In this document: positions 62,735 to 64,000 of the stretch, one piece after another
Numbering within the stretch: position 1 is the stretch's first letter
Layout: each line of letters starts with the position of its first letter
DNA from: Antedon mediterranea
Lineage: Eukaryota > Animalia > Echinodermata
Reading direction: 5' to 3'
NCBI RefSeq assembly: GCF_964355755.1
Contig: NC_092677.1
Coordinates: forward strand, 14,344,101-14,408,100
Length of the DNA stretch: 64,000 bases
Position numbers and translations under genes: made by a program
Notes under the pieces: model-generated
Told to the model about the DNA's origin: nothing
Database searches by the model: none
What the model saw: only the letters and a program-made list of their open reading frames with translations

Positions 62735-64000
62735 TAGAACAGAATATTTGTTTTTATATTATATATATATATATATTTAATGTGGTTTTTTCAGCGTTTT
62801 ACTACAAAACATCTTATCTGATATAAGTTAATTTTAAGCAAATAATGAAAAGGTCAAGTAAAGTTATAGGCTAAAATTAATTTAACAATAGACTGTTCAT
62901 TGTCTTTCTAAAATGAATATGTATAATATGTTATCGTCTTTTTAAAAATATTCTAATAAATTCATTTTCAAAATGTGTGGTAAATAACGATAAAGTATCT
63001 TTAATCTTTGATGTACTAAAACATTGCTTTTTAAGTAAAAATTAAATTTCATTTTAGGTCAGAATACATATTATCTAATTCATTCATTTTCATACTTTTC
63101 GTCAAACTTATATACAGTAGTATTTCTCGCTACTCAGTGGTCATGTTGGCATCCGGATCTCGGTACCAGTACTGTACTAAATTTCTACAGTTTAGGAATA
63201 CCATGGTAATACAGCATCACATGTGTGTTTCACATGCATTTTCTACCATAACCATTAACTTAACTTACATGATACAGACACCATGTGATACACATGCGTA
63301 ATGCTGTATCATCGAATATTCCGTTGACGGGTATACGGACTTTATGTGAAGATACAACGTCAAGAACCTGGTGATATGAGAGAGTGGTGTGTTGATAGAC
63401 ACACACCAAGAGAACTGTCTAGAGTAAATCAATTGTATTCATACAGAAAATAGAAATATTATAGTATCATGGTCTTCAACATACGAATAATAACATATTT
63501 AAAAACCCACTGTACGGGAGCTTCAAGCACCACAACATAACCAAAGCGCATGCGAATGAACACATGATTACGTTAAAACTTTATAATTTTATCGTAAGAG
63601 CAAGGTAAGAATAATATTGTGTAAAACAACCTGCCCAATTTAACACAATGTTAAGGCCAATCTACACAGACAAGCGGTAACGGTAAGTTTGTTTTTAAAT
63701 AATAAAATTTGATTACAAAATTGCATCGATTGGTACAGATTTTTTTATGAATAAATTAATACATATGATTGCTGATATCAATTTGATTGGTGCACGTGCT
63801 TACAATTGAGGGACTAGTGCTGTTCCGCCATACCATGGTTGAACTATAACATGAAAGCCCAAGTGGTCTATGGTTAGGACATCTGCATATCAAGCAGAAG
63901 GTCCGGGTTCGAATCTATTTCTCATTGAATTATTATGTAAATTAGGTTATATATGCAGATGTTTAGAACATTATGTACTTCCAGTACCCAAATAACGCAT

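Noticed and set aside
63270-63390. Possible decayed EGF/ShKT exon of the paralog (DGYT..LCEDT-like)
   Set aside because: Needs several frameshifts and lacks clear splice sites; too weak to call.

Overview
AT-rich animal genomic DNA with spliceosomal introns, probably a marine invertebrate (inferred from the ShKT/EGF/CAP domains and repeat types). All coordinates were read by eye. Host genes: (1) first exon of a glutathione-peroxidase-like gene at the left edge (minus), with Asp where Sec/Cys is expected; (2) a complete 9-coding-exon PLP-dependent Cys/Met gamma-lyase (424 aa, minus) with methionine-gamma-lyase-type residues; (3) a complete 17-exon type I membrane protein (612 aa, minus): signal peptide, propeptide, CAP, EGF, ShKT, EGF, juxtamembrane domain with furin sites, TM, tail; (4) a head-to-head paralog of gene 3 (plus) with two frameshifts. 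The rest is dense with mobile DNA: a full-length degenerate BEL/Pao LTR element with nested insertions, two truncated LINEs, many MITEs, Helentron-like elements, tRNA-derived SINEs, a 24-bp minisatellite and segmental duplications. The most striking non-genic signal is a large set of probable DNA-transposon excision scars: 22-37 bp hairpins, three with exact 7-bp flanking duplications, and at least 31 TAGGCCTA motifs, with in-window evidence of insertion at TA sites.
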